This document shows positions 44,496 through 63,754 of a DNA stretch of 64,000 nucleotides, piece by piece. Each line of letters begins with the position of its first letter. The first letter of the stretch is position 1. Under the pieces are notes generated by a model. It had not been told where the DNA came from. It did no database searches and saw nothing but the letters and a program-made list of their open reading frames with translations. The stretch lies in assembly GCF_009914755.1 (NCBI RefSeq), contig NC_060929.1, one strand, 5' to 3'. The DNA is from the human T2T-CHM13v2.0 reference genome, Homo sapiens. A program made the translations under genes and the position numbers.

Positions 44496-47363
44496 AAGGG
44501 TGACTGGAATTTCTTTGTCTCAAAACAGAAGAGTACTGTTTCCCCTAAGTGCCTCTACACTCAGATTCAGAGTGACAACTGCAGAGACATAGCTACAGAT
44601 GTTACCAATGCTGCCTTTGGCTCAAAGGACACACTAATATTAATTTAATTCTGCCTGGTCTATGAAGTTTGAACAAATATATAGCAAAAATTCTATTAAT
44701 ATATATGCCTAAATAGTATACAGCACAGAAGAATGTTTGAGGTTAAAAAAAAAAGTTTCTTCTGAAACTAAAGAACCGTTTTTAAAAATACAGTATACAG
44801 GGTCCTAAATTTACTGTTTGCCATTTCTTGTACTTTCTTACAAGTTTGATTTATAGCTTTAAGATATTAGTTGAGAATTTAAAAAATGCAAGAATATCTC
44901 ATTTCTTCACTTGTGAACTGCAAATATAAGTTGGTTACAAAATAAACTCTCCTGAATTTTAAATCTTATAAAATAAAAGAATCTCAATTAATGATTGACC
45001 TAATCCAAGATCAGTCATTTAAAAAAATATTAACGCATATACCTGGCTAATAAGTATTAGTAAATGATAGAAAAGAAAGCTGAATCTTAATTTTAATCTA
45101 TCTTACAGATAGTAAATCCTTTTCCCTTACAAATAAAAGTCCAATCCTACTGGCAAGAAAGCAAACTGTACTTCCTATACATGTCAATGTCTTTAAAATT
45201 CTAGCTGCCATTTGGCATGCCATCTGTTCTAATATATTAGGGTACTCCAAAATCCAAAAGGACTAAATGAGCCTCTTTTTCCTCGGTATTTAGAAATCCA
45301 ACAGTTGAAAGTCGCTTTGATACCCAGATTTGAAATGTATAGGCTAATTTGTAAACGCCATGAAAAAAGTTCCCAAAACTTCAAAATCCAAAAAGACTAA
45401 AAATATACAACCTTATAGACCTTCTACAGTTACATCATGCCTGTTCATAATAAAGCGCATCCTATAAACACTTTTCTACTCTTAACCATTCATGCCGCTG
45501 TCACCTTATTTAGACTGTTAGAATAGCCTCCTAACATTCCGCTTTCAGTATCTATCTCCAGTACAAACTACATAGCAATGATGTATTATGTTTCCTGAAA
45601 GAAATTCTCAAAGTCTCTCCATAAACTTAAGTACGAGGTTAAAAAAAAATCTATCCACAATTCTTCAAAAGTTAGCCTTTACTCATATTTAGCAGCATCC
45701 CAAAACAAGGTACCAAAATACACTGACACAAAAAGTAAACCACCTCTATTACAGCATCAAGTAAGCAGGGAACCCAAACAAAATGGGACCAGAAGTACAA
45801 ACTGCCACTATTTGTTTCACTATTTGAAAACGTTTTTGATCCATAAGTATTTGAACTATAAAATCAATTTCTAAGACCTAGTTAAATGAACAGTGAGTCA
45901 CTCATAAAGTACAGCTTAAGATGGCAAATTACAGCTACCTAACTAGCATCTGGCTAAGCTGAGTACATTAAAATATAAGCATATTTTACAACAGCCATGA
46001 AATAATATTTTCATTATGACTAGGCATGATTACTGAATAATGATTTGGAAACTAAACCATTAGGTATTAGACAAAAATTGTTGTTGATAACTTGGATATA
46101 CAAAGCTGTAAGCTCTAAATTCTCAAGAATCAATTCATTAAGAATTGTTCTGAACAGAACAATTCATTAAGAATACTTTCTCAATTAAAATCTTTAAGAA
46201 CATGTTTAACCTAAATCCGTCAAGCCTTTGGATATAACTGCCAGTTAACAGGAAACACAGAATATAAAAGAATTAAATGACACTATAAAAGATGCAACCA
46301 TCCCATTCCAGTAGGTATAGCAAACAAAATAACAAAATAAAAAGAAGCAGCAGCAATCAGACAAACCCAGAAGGACATTCTGCAAGACTTGACAGGCTTT
46401 AAAAGATGCAATGCATTAGATAATGGTTTGGATAAATCATCCAAAAAGAATAATTTAAGATCAATTGGTATTAAATGAAATGAAATTTTATTAAAATAAA
46501 AAGTAGAGAGGACTGACTAGAGAAAAAAAGGTTAGAAAATGCTATGTACAGTATGATTTTTATCTTGGTTAAAAAATATATATATATGTATGTGTAACCA
46601 TGAATATATGTACACTTATGCAGATTAGAAAGATCTGGAAGAAAATACACTAAGACATAAGTGATTTCTGAGTGTTGAGAATGTGATGTTTTAATTTTCT
46701 TTTTAGTTTTGCTAGCCTGTAATTTCTAATTTTGTATTGTGCACATGTATTCTTCTAAAATATAAATGGTTATATAAACAAAAAGGTGTCGAACAAACAA
46801 AAAAAACCTTATGACCCAAATAAAGATGATTTTTAATTACTATTACTGCCAATTTACATTTATAATATGTGAGGCATTACCTTTGTTAGTCTCTTAAAAA
46901 TTCTATCAGACAGATACAAACAGTATGGACTAATACCAGATCAAGTACCCCCAATCACAATGGAATAACTGATAAATATACATAGTTCTTATATAAGAGC
47001 TAATATAATCCAACCAATTGAGAAACAACTTAGAAATATCTTAAGAAAAGCCAATTAACAAAACCATTAAAACGTAAATGAAGTCCAATAGGCCAAACCA
47101 GGTATTGTCATCAAAACCTAACTCTGTATACCTGGAAACATGGAAGGCTGAAATATATTTAGGTATTACTTCTCAGACATTAGGTCTCTAAATCTATAGC
47201 TTACATTCCACACTGTACTTCCAACTATCCATTACATGTCATTTGGTGTGTAAACAAACAAATGCTCCATTAGCACACACAGACTCACTTACTAAATTGA
47301 GATATTTTTAATTGCTGTTTTTTAAAAACCAGTGAATTATTTCTTATAAGGATTTTAACATAC

Positions 47364-47519
47364 CGCAGCATTCCTGCTCTGAAGCAAAGGCTTTGTATTT
47401 CTAATTAAGAGTCTATGATCTGGATCCATAGTATACGGCTTCTTCTTTTTGTCAGTCTTTTCCTTCTGATCATCATCAGATTCGTAGAAATTCTTTCCAT
47501 TGTCTTCTAATTCATCACC
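47364..47519 (-). CDS. AP3B1: AP3B1 coding exon (probable exon 8, 156 bp, phase 0/0)
   Basis: ttcattgtag|GGT...GCG|gtatgt. Encodes [52 protein letters not shown]. Confidence 0.96.
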
Positions 47520-49444
47520 CTACAATGAAAGAAATCCAACCCAAGATTACTTTAGACCTTGAGCAATCTGCATATTATATAGTCAAAGAAAACTTTCCTT
47601 TAAACATCTATAACAACATTTTACCGTAGAATACTTCTGTTTGGGCAATTTAAAAATATTACACAACCTATATCGAATAAAGGTCTATTGATTTTTCTCA
47701 TATTTTATAACAAGTTACTGTGCTATAGATGATGTGCTTCTATTGTATTACAAAGTAAATTTTTGACTATTAAATCCCCATAGAAATACCTATAGTCCTT
47801 CAAAAGGAACACATGACCGTTAGATTTTAACAAGGCCTATAATACTACCTAAAACCTGAAAACTATTTCCATAAATTGTCAGCCACTCTGTAACTAGATC
47901 AAAGAGTCAAAAAAAGAGGAGCATTGTTTGAATAGTAACATAAAAGAAATCACAGTAAAGTGTGACACGAAAAAACTAGTGTTGTTAAGTAGGTCCCTGA
48001 GTTGTCAAGAAAACGTCTCAGTTTGAGATTTATAAATATCCAGAGGAGCTGATTCTAGGTTTTTGTTTTGAATTCTTTATCTCTGCCAATAAAATATGCC
48101 TACAGGCATTTAGTGCTCAAAACAAACAAACAAAAAACCAAACAAACACAGTAATAGCCACATACATCCAATTCAACTTCTGTTTAGAGGTAACTTCCGT
48201 TACCAAGTATCTGAAACATACTTTCTGCTTCCAGGAAGATGGAGTAGATGTACTTTTCCCCATCTCTCTCACTAAGTAGAGATCTAGAAAAGCAGAACAC
48301 TACATGTAAAACATATATAAAACAAACATAAGAAGACTTTGAAAGGCAAAAAGGAGGAGCACTGGATAGGAACCTCAAGATCCAAAGAAAGACAGACCAG
48401 TGAGTTCCCTGGGTTTTCTTTTTATTTCATATATCCACAACTCGGTGCAGAAGCTGGCAACAAATGCAGATGAAAGAAACCACCAGAACCGCTCTCTCTA
48501 GCCAAAGGACCAGGAAAGGGGCAGTCTAGCAAGATATAAAACTTTTAGAAGTAACTACTCAAGTGCAGCCCAACACCAGATAAAAAATTATGGCCCTACC
48601 CCCATCCCCACCAGTAGAGGCTGAGATGGTGATCCTAGACTTCTACCCTTATTAGGCTGTAATGAGATGCCCCAACCACCTCACTAGGTGGTTTCAGAAA
48701 AGGCCAAGATGGGATTGAGAGTTTCATCTCTACCAAGAGGTAACAAGGCATTCTGATATTGTCAGTGAAGACCAAGTGAGGAGCTTGGACTTCTAAGCCC
48801 ATCCATTAGTGTCAAGGTGACCTTATTCCTCCTCACTGTGATGATGTCAGAGGAGGCCTAGTGCATAGTCAGGACTTGCAGCACCACACCTAGTAGTAAC
48901 CAAAGTCAGCCCCGCCCACACCCTGGTGGTTGTCAGGGAAGGACACACATAGAACAGTACCTTGTATCCCTCCTAGCAGACAGCTATCAGAGAAAGACGG
49001 TTGGGGAGCCAGAAATCCCACATTCACCTATGGTAACAATGAGTAAAATCCCTCTGAAGTGTCAGTGGAGGATAAGCAGGGAATCCGGACTCCTGCTATG
49101 ACCTGGCAGTGATGAGACAGCACCCCTCTCTCTTTCCACCACCCTTCCCTGCTAGAGTGGTATCAAACAAAGCCAGTTAACCTGAAGGTTTAAAAATATC
49201 CAGTCTCAAAGTATCCAAAATGTCCAAGTTTCAATTAAAAAATCACTCATCATTCCAAGAGAAAGGAAGATCTCAAACTGAATAAAAATAGATAACTAGC
49301 AGATGCCAATACCAAGATAATAGAGATATTGGAATGATCTGATTATTTTTTAAAAATCATTAAAAAATGCTTCGATGAGCAATTGAGAACATCCTGGTAA
49401 AAAATACAGAAATAGAAGGTTTTAGCAAAGAATTATAAAGTCTA

Positions 49445-50039
<595 letters not shown>

Positions 50040-50263
50040 TTATAAAGTTTAAAGAAAGAAATAGAAGATATAAAGACCAAATAAAAACTGTTAACGACTG
50101 GCAAATACAAGAACCAAAACTAAAAACCTAATGAATGGGATCAAAAGCAGAGGAGGGGGACAAAAGAAATAATCAGTAAACTGGAACACAGAACAACAAG
50201 ATTTACCCAATCTGAACAAAGATAAAATAGACTAGGGACAAAAAAAATCAAAACTAAAAAACA

Positions 50264-50610
<347 letters not shown>

Positions 50611-51453
50611 CTATTAATCAATCCTGGAAGGAGAAGAGACAGAGGCAAGAGTTGAAAGAGAACTCAAAGAAATAATGACTGCAAACTTTTTAAATTTGGC
50701 AAATAAAACTACAAATTGAGGAAGCTGAGTAAACCCTAAACAGGATTAAACCCAAAGAAATCCAAAACAGCACACATTATAGTAAAACCTCTGAAAACTA
50801 AAGACAAAGAAAAACAAATCTTGAAAGCAGGAAAGGAGAAATGACACTTTACCAATAACAGAAAAACAAGTCTAATGACAGCAGATTTCTCATCAAAAAC
50901 CATGGAGGACAGAACACAGTAGACCAACTGATGGAGAGGAACTATCAAAAGAGAATCTTATATCTAGCAAAAATATATTTCAGGAATGAAGGGGGAGAAA
51001 ATCAAGACATTTTCAGATAAAGGGGAACTAGAGTATTTGTTATAAGCAGACCTATCCTGAAAGAATGGCTAAAGGAAGCTCTTTAGACAGAAAGGAAATG
51101 ATAAAAGATGGAATCTTCAAACATCTGGAAGGAAGAAAGAATATGGCAAGGAAAAATATGAGTACATATAATAGTTTTTCCTTCTCCTCTGAGTCTTTTA
51201 AATTATATTAGATGGTTGAAGAAAAGTTATAACATTGATACGGTTCTAAATGCATGTAAAGGACATACCTAAGAAAACTATTTATAAAGTGGAGAGAAAA
51301 AAGAGATCAAAGGGAGCTAAGTGGTTAAAAAGTTTGCCCCTTGAAGTGTAACATGAGGACATCAGTAGACTGTGATGGTAAGATGATAAGTTATGCATGT
51401 AAAATGTAATACCTACAGCATCCACTAAAGAAGCTGCACAAAGAGATATATTC

Positions 51454-51764
<311 letters not shown>

Positions 51765-53407
51765 AAAGAGATATATTCAAATTAACTGCAGATAAGCAAA
51801 GATGGAATTCTAAAAAATGTTGAAATAACCCACAGTTAAGAGAAATGAAGACTAGAGAGAACAAACAAAAAACAAAAAACTAAATGGGACGCTTAAGCCT
51901 TAAAAATAAATAATTAGATTAAATGTAAATCAGTATGCTGATTAAAAGACAAAGGCTGGCAAAGTAGATTAAAACCCATGACTCAACTATGTGCTGCCTA
52001 TAAGAAATTCACCATAAACATAAAGATAAAGGCAGGTTAAAAGTAAAAAGATGGAAAAATACATAGCATGCTAATATTAATCAAGGGAAAGCACAATAAC
52101 TATATTAATATGAGATAAAGTACACTTCAGAGCAAAGAAAATTACAACAGAGAAGGACATTATAGAATGACAAAATGGATAATCTACAATGAAGGTTATA
52201 TACCATATAATTCCATTTATATAACATTCTTGAAATAACAAAACTATGGAAACAGAAAGATTAGCAGTTGCCAGGGGTTAAGGGTTGGGAGTAAGGTTAA
52301 ACATGTGGAATAAAGTCGGTTTGGCTATGAAACGGCAACATGAAGATTCCCTGTGATGGAAATGTTCTCAGTTTTGACTGTATCAATGTCAATATCCTGG
52401 TTGTAATACTGTATTAGAGTTTTGCAAGACATTACCATTGGGGAAAATTGAGTAAAGGTTATGCCAGATCTCTCTCAATTATTTCTTAAAATTTCATGTG
52501 AATCTAAATTATCTTTTAAAAACCATTTAATTGAATAAAACTAAGGAGATAAAAATCAGTAAGTCACTTAAAAGCAATTTGTTGTATTTATGCATTGTTA
52601 TACATAACAATAAAGAAAATTATCTAAAATGTTTTAGGTTAATATCACTTAAGTATTTTTCCCTTGCTAGGTGCCTACAGATTTTACACAATCTTTCCTT
52701 AAATCTTGACATAAATATCACTGGAAAACACCTTTCATCAAAAGTACAACTTTTAGGTCTCTCAGAATAGGAATAATATTAGCTCAGTGCTTTTTAAATC
52801 CACAGGCAAAAAAATCTTATAAAATTATTCAGAGAAAACTCACAAAATTTATACTCTTTGAAAACAAAAGTATTTCTACTAATACTCATCTTCAAAATTA
52901 AACTAGAAATCATAACATTATCACCTTCCTTTGAATACAGAATTCAAAACAAACACACTACTTGTCTTTTAGTGCTTAATAAAAAGACTATAAGTGAGAT
53001 ATACTTTTATATCAAAGCTGGACTTGAGTGACTATTCCTTTATGGAGCTCCAGGCTAAAGTAGTTCTGTTAAGTACATTAATAAACCAATAAAACACAAA
53101 TAATTAAATGCTCTAAGCATAAGCACTCACTTACAATCTTAAGTCATGGTTAATTAAACAAATGTTCAAACTCTACCTGAAAGTGATACATAATGAAAGT
53201 GCTGTATTAACAGACATAGCACTATTACTAACAAAATCATCAAAATGTACATAAAAAACTGCTTTTTATAACCATCTACTCATTCCATTTCTTCCTCATT
53301 GTTAATTAACATACTGAGTTCAATTACATTATTTTAATGAAAGACACATATGTATTGCTTATTTTGCTGTACAAATGTTTAAGATTATGGCAGTATATTA
53401 TAACAGT

Positions 53408-55110
53408 AAAACTACAAACCACTGCTCAAGGAAATCAAAGAGGACAAAAGCAGATGGAAAAATATTCCATGCTCATGGATAGGAAGTATCAATATCATGA
53501 AAATGGCCATCCTGCCCAAAGCAATTTATAGATTCAATGCTATTCCCATTAAACTACCATTGACATTCTTCACAGAACTAGAAAAAACTATTTTAAAATT
53601 CATATGAAACCAAAAGCAGCTCATGTAGCCAAGACAATGCTAAGCAAAAAGAACAAAGCTGGAGGCATCATGCTACCTGACTTCAGACTATACTACAAGG
53701 CCACAGTAACCAAAACAGCATGGTACTGGTACAAAAACAGTCACATAGACCAATGGAACAGAATAAAGAACTCAGAAATAAAACCACACATCTACAACCA
53801 TCTGATCTTCAACAAATCTGACAAAAACAAGCAATGGGGAAAGGATTCCCTATTTAACAAGTGGTGCTGGGAGAACTGGCTAGCCATATGTGAAAAACTG
53901 AAACTGGATCCCTTCCTTACATCTTATACAAAAATTAACTCAAGATGCATTAAAGACTTAAATGTAAAACCCAAAACTATAAAAACCCTAGAAGAAAATC
54001 TAGGCAATACCGTTCAGGACATCAGCATGGACAAAGACTTTATGATGAAATTGCCAAAAGCAACTGCAACAAAAGCAAAAATTGACAAATGGGATCTAAT
54101 TAAACTAAAGAGCTTCTGCACCGCAAACAAAACTATCATCAGAGCAAACAGACAACCTACAGAATGGGAGAACATTTTTGTAATCTGTCCATCTGACAAA
54201 GGGCTAATATCCAGAACCTACAAGAAACTTAAGCAAATTTACAAGAAACTAACAACCCCATTAAAAAGTGGGCAAATGGTATGAACAGACACTTCTCAAA
54301 AAAAGATATACATGCAGCCAAGAAACATATGAAAAATAGCTCAACATCTCTGATCATTAGAGAAATGCAAATCAAAACCACAATTAGATATCATTTCATA
54401 CCACTCAGAATGGCAATTATTAAACACTCAAAAAACAGACGCTGGCCAGGCTGCGGAGAAATAGGAATGCTTTTACACTGTTGGTGGGTACATAAATTAG
54501 TACAATCATTGTTGAAGACAATGTGCTGATTCCTCAAAGATTTAGAACCAGAAATACCATGTGACCCAGCAATCCCATTACTGGGTATATACCCAAAAGA
54601 GTATAAATCATTCCATTATAAAGATATATGCACGCAAATGTTCACTGCAGCACTATTCACAATAGCAAAGACACAGAATCTACCCAAATGCCCATCAATG
54701 ACAGACTACATAAAGAAAATGTGGTGCATATACACCATGGAATACTATGCAGCCATAAAAAGGAACGAGATAATGTCCTTTGCAGGGACATGGATGAAGC
54801 TGGAAGCCATCATTCTCAGCAAACTAATGCAGGAACAAAAAACCAAACACCACGTTCTCACTTATAAGTGAGAACTGAACAATGTGAACACATGGACACA
54901 GCGAGGGAACAACACTTACTGGGGCCTGTCAGGGCAGGGTTAGTGGGGAGAGCATTAGGGAAAAGAGCTAATGGATGCTGGGCTTAATACCTGGGTGATG
55001 GATTGATAGGTGCAGCAAACCACCATGGCACACGTTTACCTATGTAACAAACCTGCACATCCTGCACATGTACCCTGGAACTTAAAAAATAATAATAAAA
55101 TTATTTAAAA
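53408..55110 (+). mobile_element. 5'-truncated older L1PA (about PA11-13)
   Basis: ORF 53604-54284 matches the L1 ORF2 C-terminus ([15 protein letters not shown]). 3' UTR and A-rich tail present. Confidence 0.92.
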
Positions 55111-55426
55111 AAAAATTTTTAAACTTATGTAAATGTTTCTATAGTGTCCTCTATGAACATACCATCATATAGGTTTTTGAGTTCACTTCCATAAGAAACA
55201 TTTTTATATGGTTTGATTTTAATATGCATTTACAAAAATATGAACACTTTACAGAGGATTACTTGCACTACTGTATTTCTTCAATATGTATTTAATTGAA
55301 AGGATGGCATTTTTAATGACTATAATTAAAGGTCGATGAATCACTATCTTATTAAAATTTAGTAATATTTCATAACATACATGGTTCACAATTGATGCAA
55401 CTGCTTCCTATTGATGAATTTTTTTA

Positions 55427-55801
<375 letters not shown>

Positions 55802-56429
55802 TTATGCAAACTAATAAAATATTAATAATAAAAAGATTTCAAAAGAGTAATTTTCTTTCATTAGTATCTTTTCCACATGATTCAATGATCTTATATTGCT
55901 ACTAATAAAACTTCTACAAATTAACATATAATATTACAGAAATTGTAATTTCCTAAAATAAAAGGGATTATTTGAAATAACAAAGTTTTTATAATGGGAT
56001 TATGAGCTAACAAACATGAAGAACATGTTGCTTATAGCTAAAATAGTTCATGTTAATTATCATTTAAAAACATTCCCCTCAGAAGAAATTCTCTTATACT
56101 TTTTATGAAATTTCAGTTTGGTTCTACTGCCATGAGAACATCATGACACAGCTTCTTAGATCCGGCTCTCCCAGTTACTAGCTATAGGCATGTACCAACT
56201 GCATAATTCTCTAAGTTGGAACCAAGCAGAGAAAAAATTGACAAGTGAAGGGTGGACGTTTTTATGAGGTTAATGAAATGAAGGAGATGAGGCTTTCTTG
56301 GAGGACAAGAATGAATCTCCAACAACATATTTGAATCTGTACTACTGTGGACTATGTTTCTCAGGTTTTTAATGAATCAGAACAGGCATTAGTCCAAACA
56401 GAATGGATACGTACACAGCATATGGGTGT

Positions 56430-56645
56430 ATCTGGACACACCAGTTCAATATAAGTGCTGGCTCTATGACCATGACAAATCACTCAACCTTTCCTTGTCT
56501 TGATTTTTTTCCTTGTCTTGGTTTACTCATCTATAAAAGCAGTAACTATATCATTATAGTGTTTATAAAGATTGAATCAGTTTATTGAACATTATACAAG
56601 CACTTAGTGCCTGATACAAATTAAAGTACACAAACAGTAGCTATT
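56430..56645 (+). mobile_element. MIR
   Basis: ctatgaccatgacaaatcactcaacct...ctcatctataaaa...aagcacttagtgcctgataca. Confidence 0.7.
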
Positions 56646-57655
56646 GCCACTGCTTCTATTATTAAGAAACTTTCTTTCTAGAAGCCATGTAATTGAAACT
56701 ATTACTATGCCTCAAATTCAATATCCCTAGATGCCAAATATGAAAAAAAGTTTCCCCCCTAAAATTATCCCTCAGAAAGAAGTTGCCTCATACTTGAGGA
56801 TTTATAAATGTATTATGAGGCTCTTACACAACTGCTTCATTTTGAACCATAATGTATTGTTTGGGGAACTCATTACACTGAAACAACTTCAATCAATGCT
56901 AGTTATGGATGCTTAAAAGGAGTCACAAATCACAGTGATAAAAGATGTCATTTTTAACTAAGCCTTTAGAGAACACTTTTTAAAAACACATAATATAAGA
57001 TTATATAGTTCTATTTCTAAGAATGGCTAAACAGACAACTTAGAACAACCGCCTGTCAGTGAGAACTAGAAAAGCTGGGGAAAAGTTAAGAAACCTGTTA
57101 GAAGGCACTGGAGGGCTAAAAAAACAGTGATGAATTATGCAGACAAGACCCAGAAGAAGTAGTAAATCTAGAAACCTAGAATTCTGATTGGCTTTTGGAA
57201 TTGCTTTTCCCCAAAAAAAAAAAAAAAAAAAAAAAAGGATGTGTTAATTAGACAAGAGGAAGCTGAGAGGCCTAAAAGCTCAGTAGAGCTTTCAGCAGGT
57301 TAACAAAAATGCAGTAACAAAAGGTGAGGCCAGGATCCGCCAAAAATTACAATCCTGCTAACTCTCCTAGTCTTTGGTTTAAAATATAAAATCTATGTCT
57401 TGGGGAGTAACGATGGTCAGATAAAAGCCCAGCTTAAATCATCTCAATCCATAATTGAGGTGATAAGTGAACTCAAGATTGTTGAATCCATTCCCTAGAA
57501 CCACAAGTAGAACAAAATCCATCATCCAAAGCTTCAAACTAGTCCAACAACTTATCAGAAAGGAAATGCTGGTATCACTAAGGGTAAGGATACTGTTTCC
57601 TTCTGTAAGGAAAAGCAGATTATTAAGTGAAGGGTATCAAGAAGGGGGCTTATGA

Positions 57656-58018
<363 letters not shown>

Positions 58019-58166
58019 TGCAGTATATATTTCTACTTCAACAAAATGTCTTTAAAATAAGCATACAAGAAAAAAAGACAAAAATGTAAATATAAACCAA
58101 GAGAAAAAAAAGCAAAAATAGGGAATCTAGAAAATGAATTTGGCAGATGTAATTTTAAGTGAACTA

Positions 58167-58839
<673 letters not shown>

Positions 58840-59509
58840 GACTATAAAACAACTATGATTAATATGTTCAAGGAATTAAGTGGTAGGATCGAGCTTTACG
58901 GCAGATAATGCAACATAACACAATTTTTCAGAAAACTCAGATATATTTTTATATTGTGTTTAAATAAAGTGCTAGACTTTCAGTGACCACTTACAGAGTT
59001 CTTTAAATTCAGTAATATTTTAAAAATTTCAATTTAACTGATTTTACCTTTGTGATACTTTTGACATATCAGATAAAGATTTGTGGTCTGTTAGAGATAA
59101 TAGCCTAGATACTTAAGTAAGTTAAGTAGAGGAATCAAAGTTTATATCTGAGAGGACTCTGAATGGTTTTAAAAGTAATCATTCTTATTTAACATGTTAA
59201 CTATATGATGAAATGAATTTTACTTTCTCCTTGTCCAGAAACAGAATAGTTAAATAAGACAAACAAGATATATTAAGGAAAATGTTTAGTCTGCTTAAGA
59301 GTAAAAATAAATGAATTTGAAAGACTTTGAAATCTACTTTATAGTAAGTTTCCACTTATTCCACTTGGTATACTAACCATACTTCATATACACAAAAGAG
59401 AATTCTAATATCTAATTTTAATATTCCCTCCATTTGTATTTGAAAGTTTTTAGAAATATTCTGTTTTTAGTAGAACTGCTTAATCTTCTGAGCTTATTCT
59501 ATATCCTCA

Positions 59510-59595
59510 AATATATACATATTTATATATATTTATATATTTACATATATATTTTTAAATATTTATATATTTACATATTTTTAAATATTTGTATA

Positions 59596-59625
<30 letters not shown>
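59510..59625. repeat. (TA)n / AT-rich tract adjoining the AluY tail
   Basis: Directly visible. Confidence 0.9.
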
Positions 59626-59634
<9 letters not shown>

Positions 59635-59921
59635 TAGACAGAGTCTCGCTCTGTCACCCTGGCTGGAGTGCAGTGGCGTGATCTCGCTCACTGCAAGCTC
59701 CCGGGTTCACGCCATTCTCCTGCCTCAGCCTCCCGAGTAGCTGGGACTACAGGCACCTGCCACCACACCCGGCTAATTTTTTCAGCTAATTTTTTGTATT
59801 TTTAGTAGAGACGGGGTTTCACCGTGTTAGCCAGGATGGTCTCAATCTCCTGACCTCATAATCCGCCCACCTCAGCCTCCCAAAGTGCCTGGATTACAGG
59901 CGTGAGCCACCACTCCTGGCC
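59626..59921 (-). mobile_element. AluY
   Basis: ctgcaagctc, ttcacgccattctcc, accgtgttagccaggatggtctc. Small internal deletion and a duplicated gctaattttt. Confidence 0.95.
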
Positions 59922-61189
59922 CAAATATATTTCTTAACTAGACATTGATATTAGGCAGTCTCAATTAATACATCTATGAATTTGAAACAAAGTAGAAAAA
60001 CCCCTTATGTAGCTAGCATGGCTGTTATGAAGCCTTTAAATATTATTTTATGTATGAAGCCCTTATTTTTAGTATATTATGCATATCATTTCAACCATCT
60101 TGATATTCTGATTTCTTGTTATACAGATAATAAAAGACACAATTTTAAAAGAAAACAGTAAAAATTATATTTTCCATTGCCAAGGGACAAGAAAAATGTG
60201 TTTTACAAATGCATGAAAAGGTTTAAAAAAATCAATTATTATACATGTTGTTTCTATTGAGCCTACAGAAATGAGGCATTATCATACATGGGATTTCTAA
60301 TTCGTACTAATTAAAATGTTTTATATTGTGGTTTCAGTTTTTCTATACAACCATTAAGTAATGCCAACTTTGCTCCAATATAATACTATTACTATTACAA
60401 AAAGACAGAACCATCTGACTGAAATCTAAGACAGAAAACATTACTTCTAAGGCCATAAAACCTGCTCTTTTACATGGAAACATGACTGGTTCTAGAGCTA
60501 AGGCAGTTAAAACAACTAATAAATAAATAAATGAGGGAGAAATGACAGATCTTCCTTACAAAATAATTCTAAGTGACTATGCTAAATCATGTGAATGAGT
60601 ACTCAAAGTCTGAAACATATTTCTATGACAGCATTGTATCCATATTCCAAGGTAATGTGTATCTCCAAAAATCCAGACAGAAGTAAAGATGCTTTCCAAT
60701 GGAAAACTATTAAATGAAAATGACTCAAAAAGGAGTCCTCAAAATGTCTCTAAAATATATGTGATAAAACTATTTCATAAAATGAGTATAAAATGTTCTA
60801 TTTATAAATGAATGTTTTATTTTTCCATGTTTAAAATATGTACATGTATGAAATGAAATACTACCATAGAATACTTTTTTTAGTTTCTTTAAAAATATAC
60901 ATTTAAGCTGGACCAAACCAAAAAAAAAAAAAAATTTAAAAAAATGGGGACCAATTTATACTGGAGAAGGCTTTGCAGTTTCTTTAAAGCAAAGATAATG
61001 TTTTATAAATACACTCTCAATAGAAATGAAATTATATGATATCTAAAATTTTACATGAAATCTTGGAATGGGGTAAGGTAGCAAAACGAGAGCAGCCATG
61101 AGCTGATGAACAGTGCAGCTACGTGATGTATACATAGGGATTCGTTGAACTGTCAGCCATACTTTTATGTATGTTTAAAGTTTCCCATA

Positions 61190-63050
<1,861 letters not shown>

Positions 63051-63754
63051 AAGAAAGCAGTGAGTTTAATATATCTGAACCTATCTTATATAAAAATAGG
63101 TCTCTCTCTGCTATGTGTACCAACCACCCTAATGCTAGTGAAAAAAAAAATCAGAATAAAATATAGCTTTTCACTTTGCTCTAAAACATTCACTTTCAGA
63201 AGAGACAAACGTTGTTACATTACATATAAGCTTTATGAAGGCAAAAAATAACTCCATGAAGTATATTTTGGAAAAGGCATGGTTTATATACTCTTAAGGT
63301 ACTATTCCACAGGCTCATGGAATAAAGAAAAGTGTGAAATTATACTTAAGTAGTAGTACTTTCTACATATTTTGTATCTGAAGCTCTAAACATAAATGTT
63401 CACAAAAATAGTAATAAGTCAGTAACTGAACCCACAATTTTGGGTGCTGAGGGTAATATTTACTTTTCAAAGAGATCTTAAGATACAGGGAGACTTATTT
63501 TATCTGAATGGATTTCCTAAGAAATAAACACAAACTATGATCTTTTGTCAGTTCATAAGGAATAATAGAAAAATAAAAAATGAAATTAATGACAGTTAAA
63601 ACTGCCTACAGCAAAATATTTTTATGTATAAAAATTGATAAAAGAATCAAACATTCCTGAAAAATATCTACTTTTGTATCATGTGAGCAGTAACAATGGA
63701 CTTAGTAGAAATAAAAAACAACTTCAGCTTAAGAAACTTCTAGTATTAATAAAA

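Noticed and set aside
53604-54871. 226-aa ORF and its neighbours
   Set aside because: L1 ORF2 C-terminal remnant in a 5'-truncated copy.
56491-56521. Duplicated TTCCTTGTCTTG
   Set aside because: Small slippage within a MIR.
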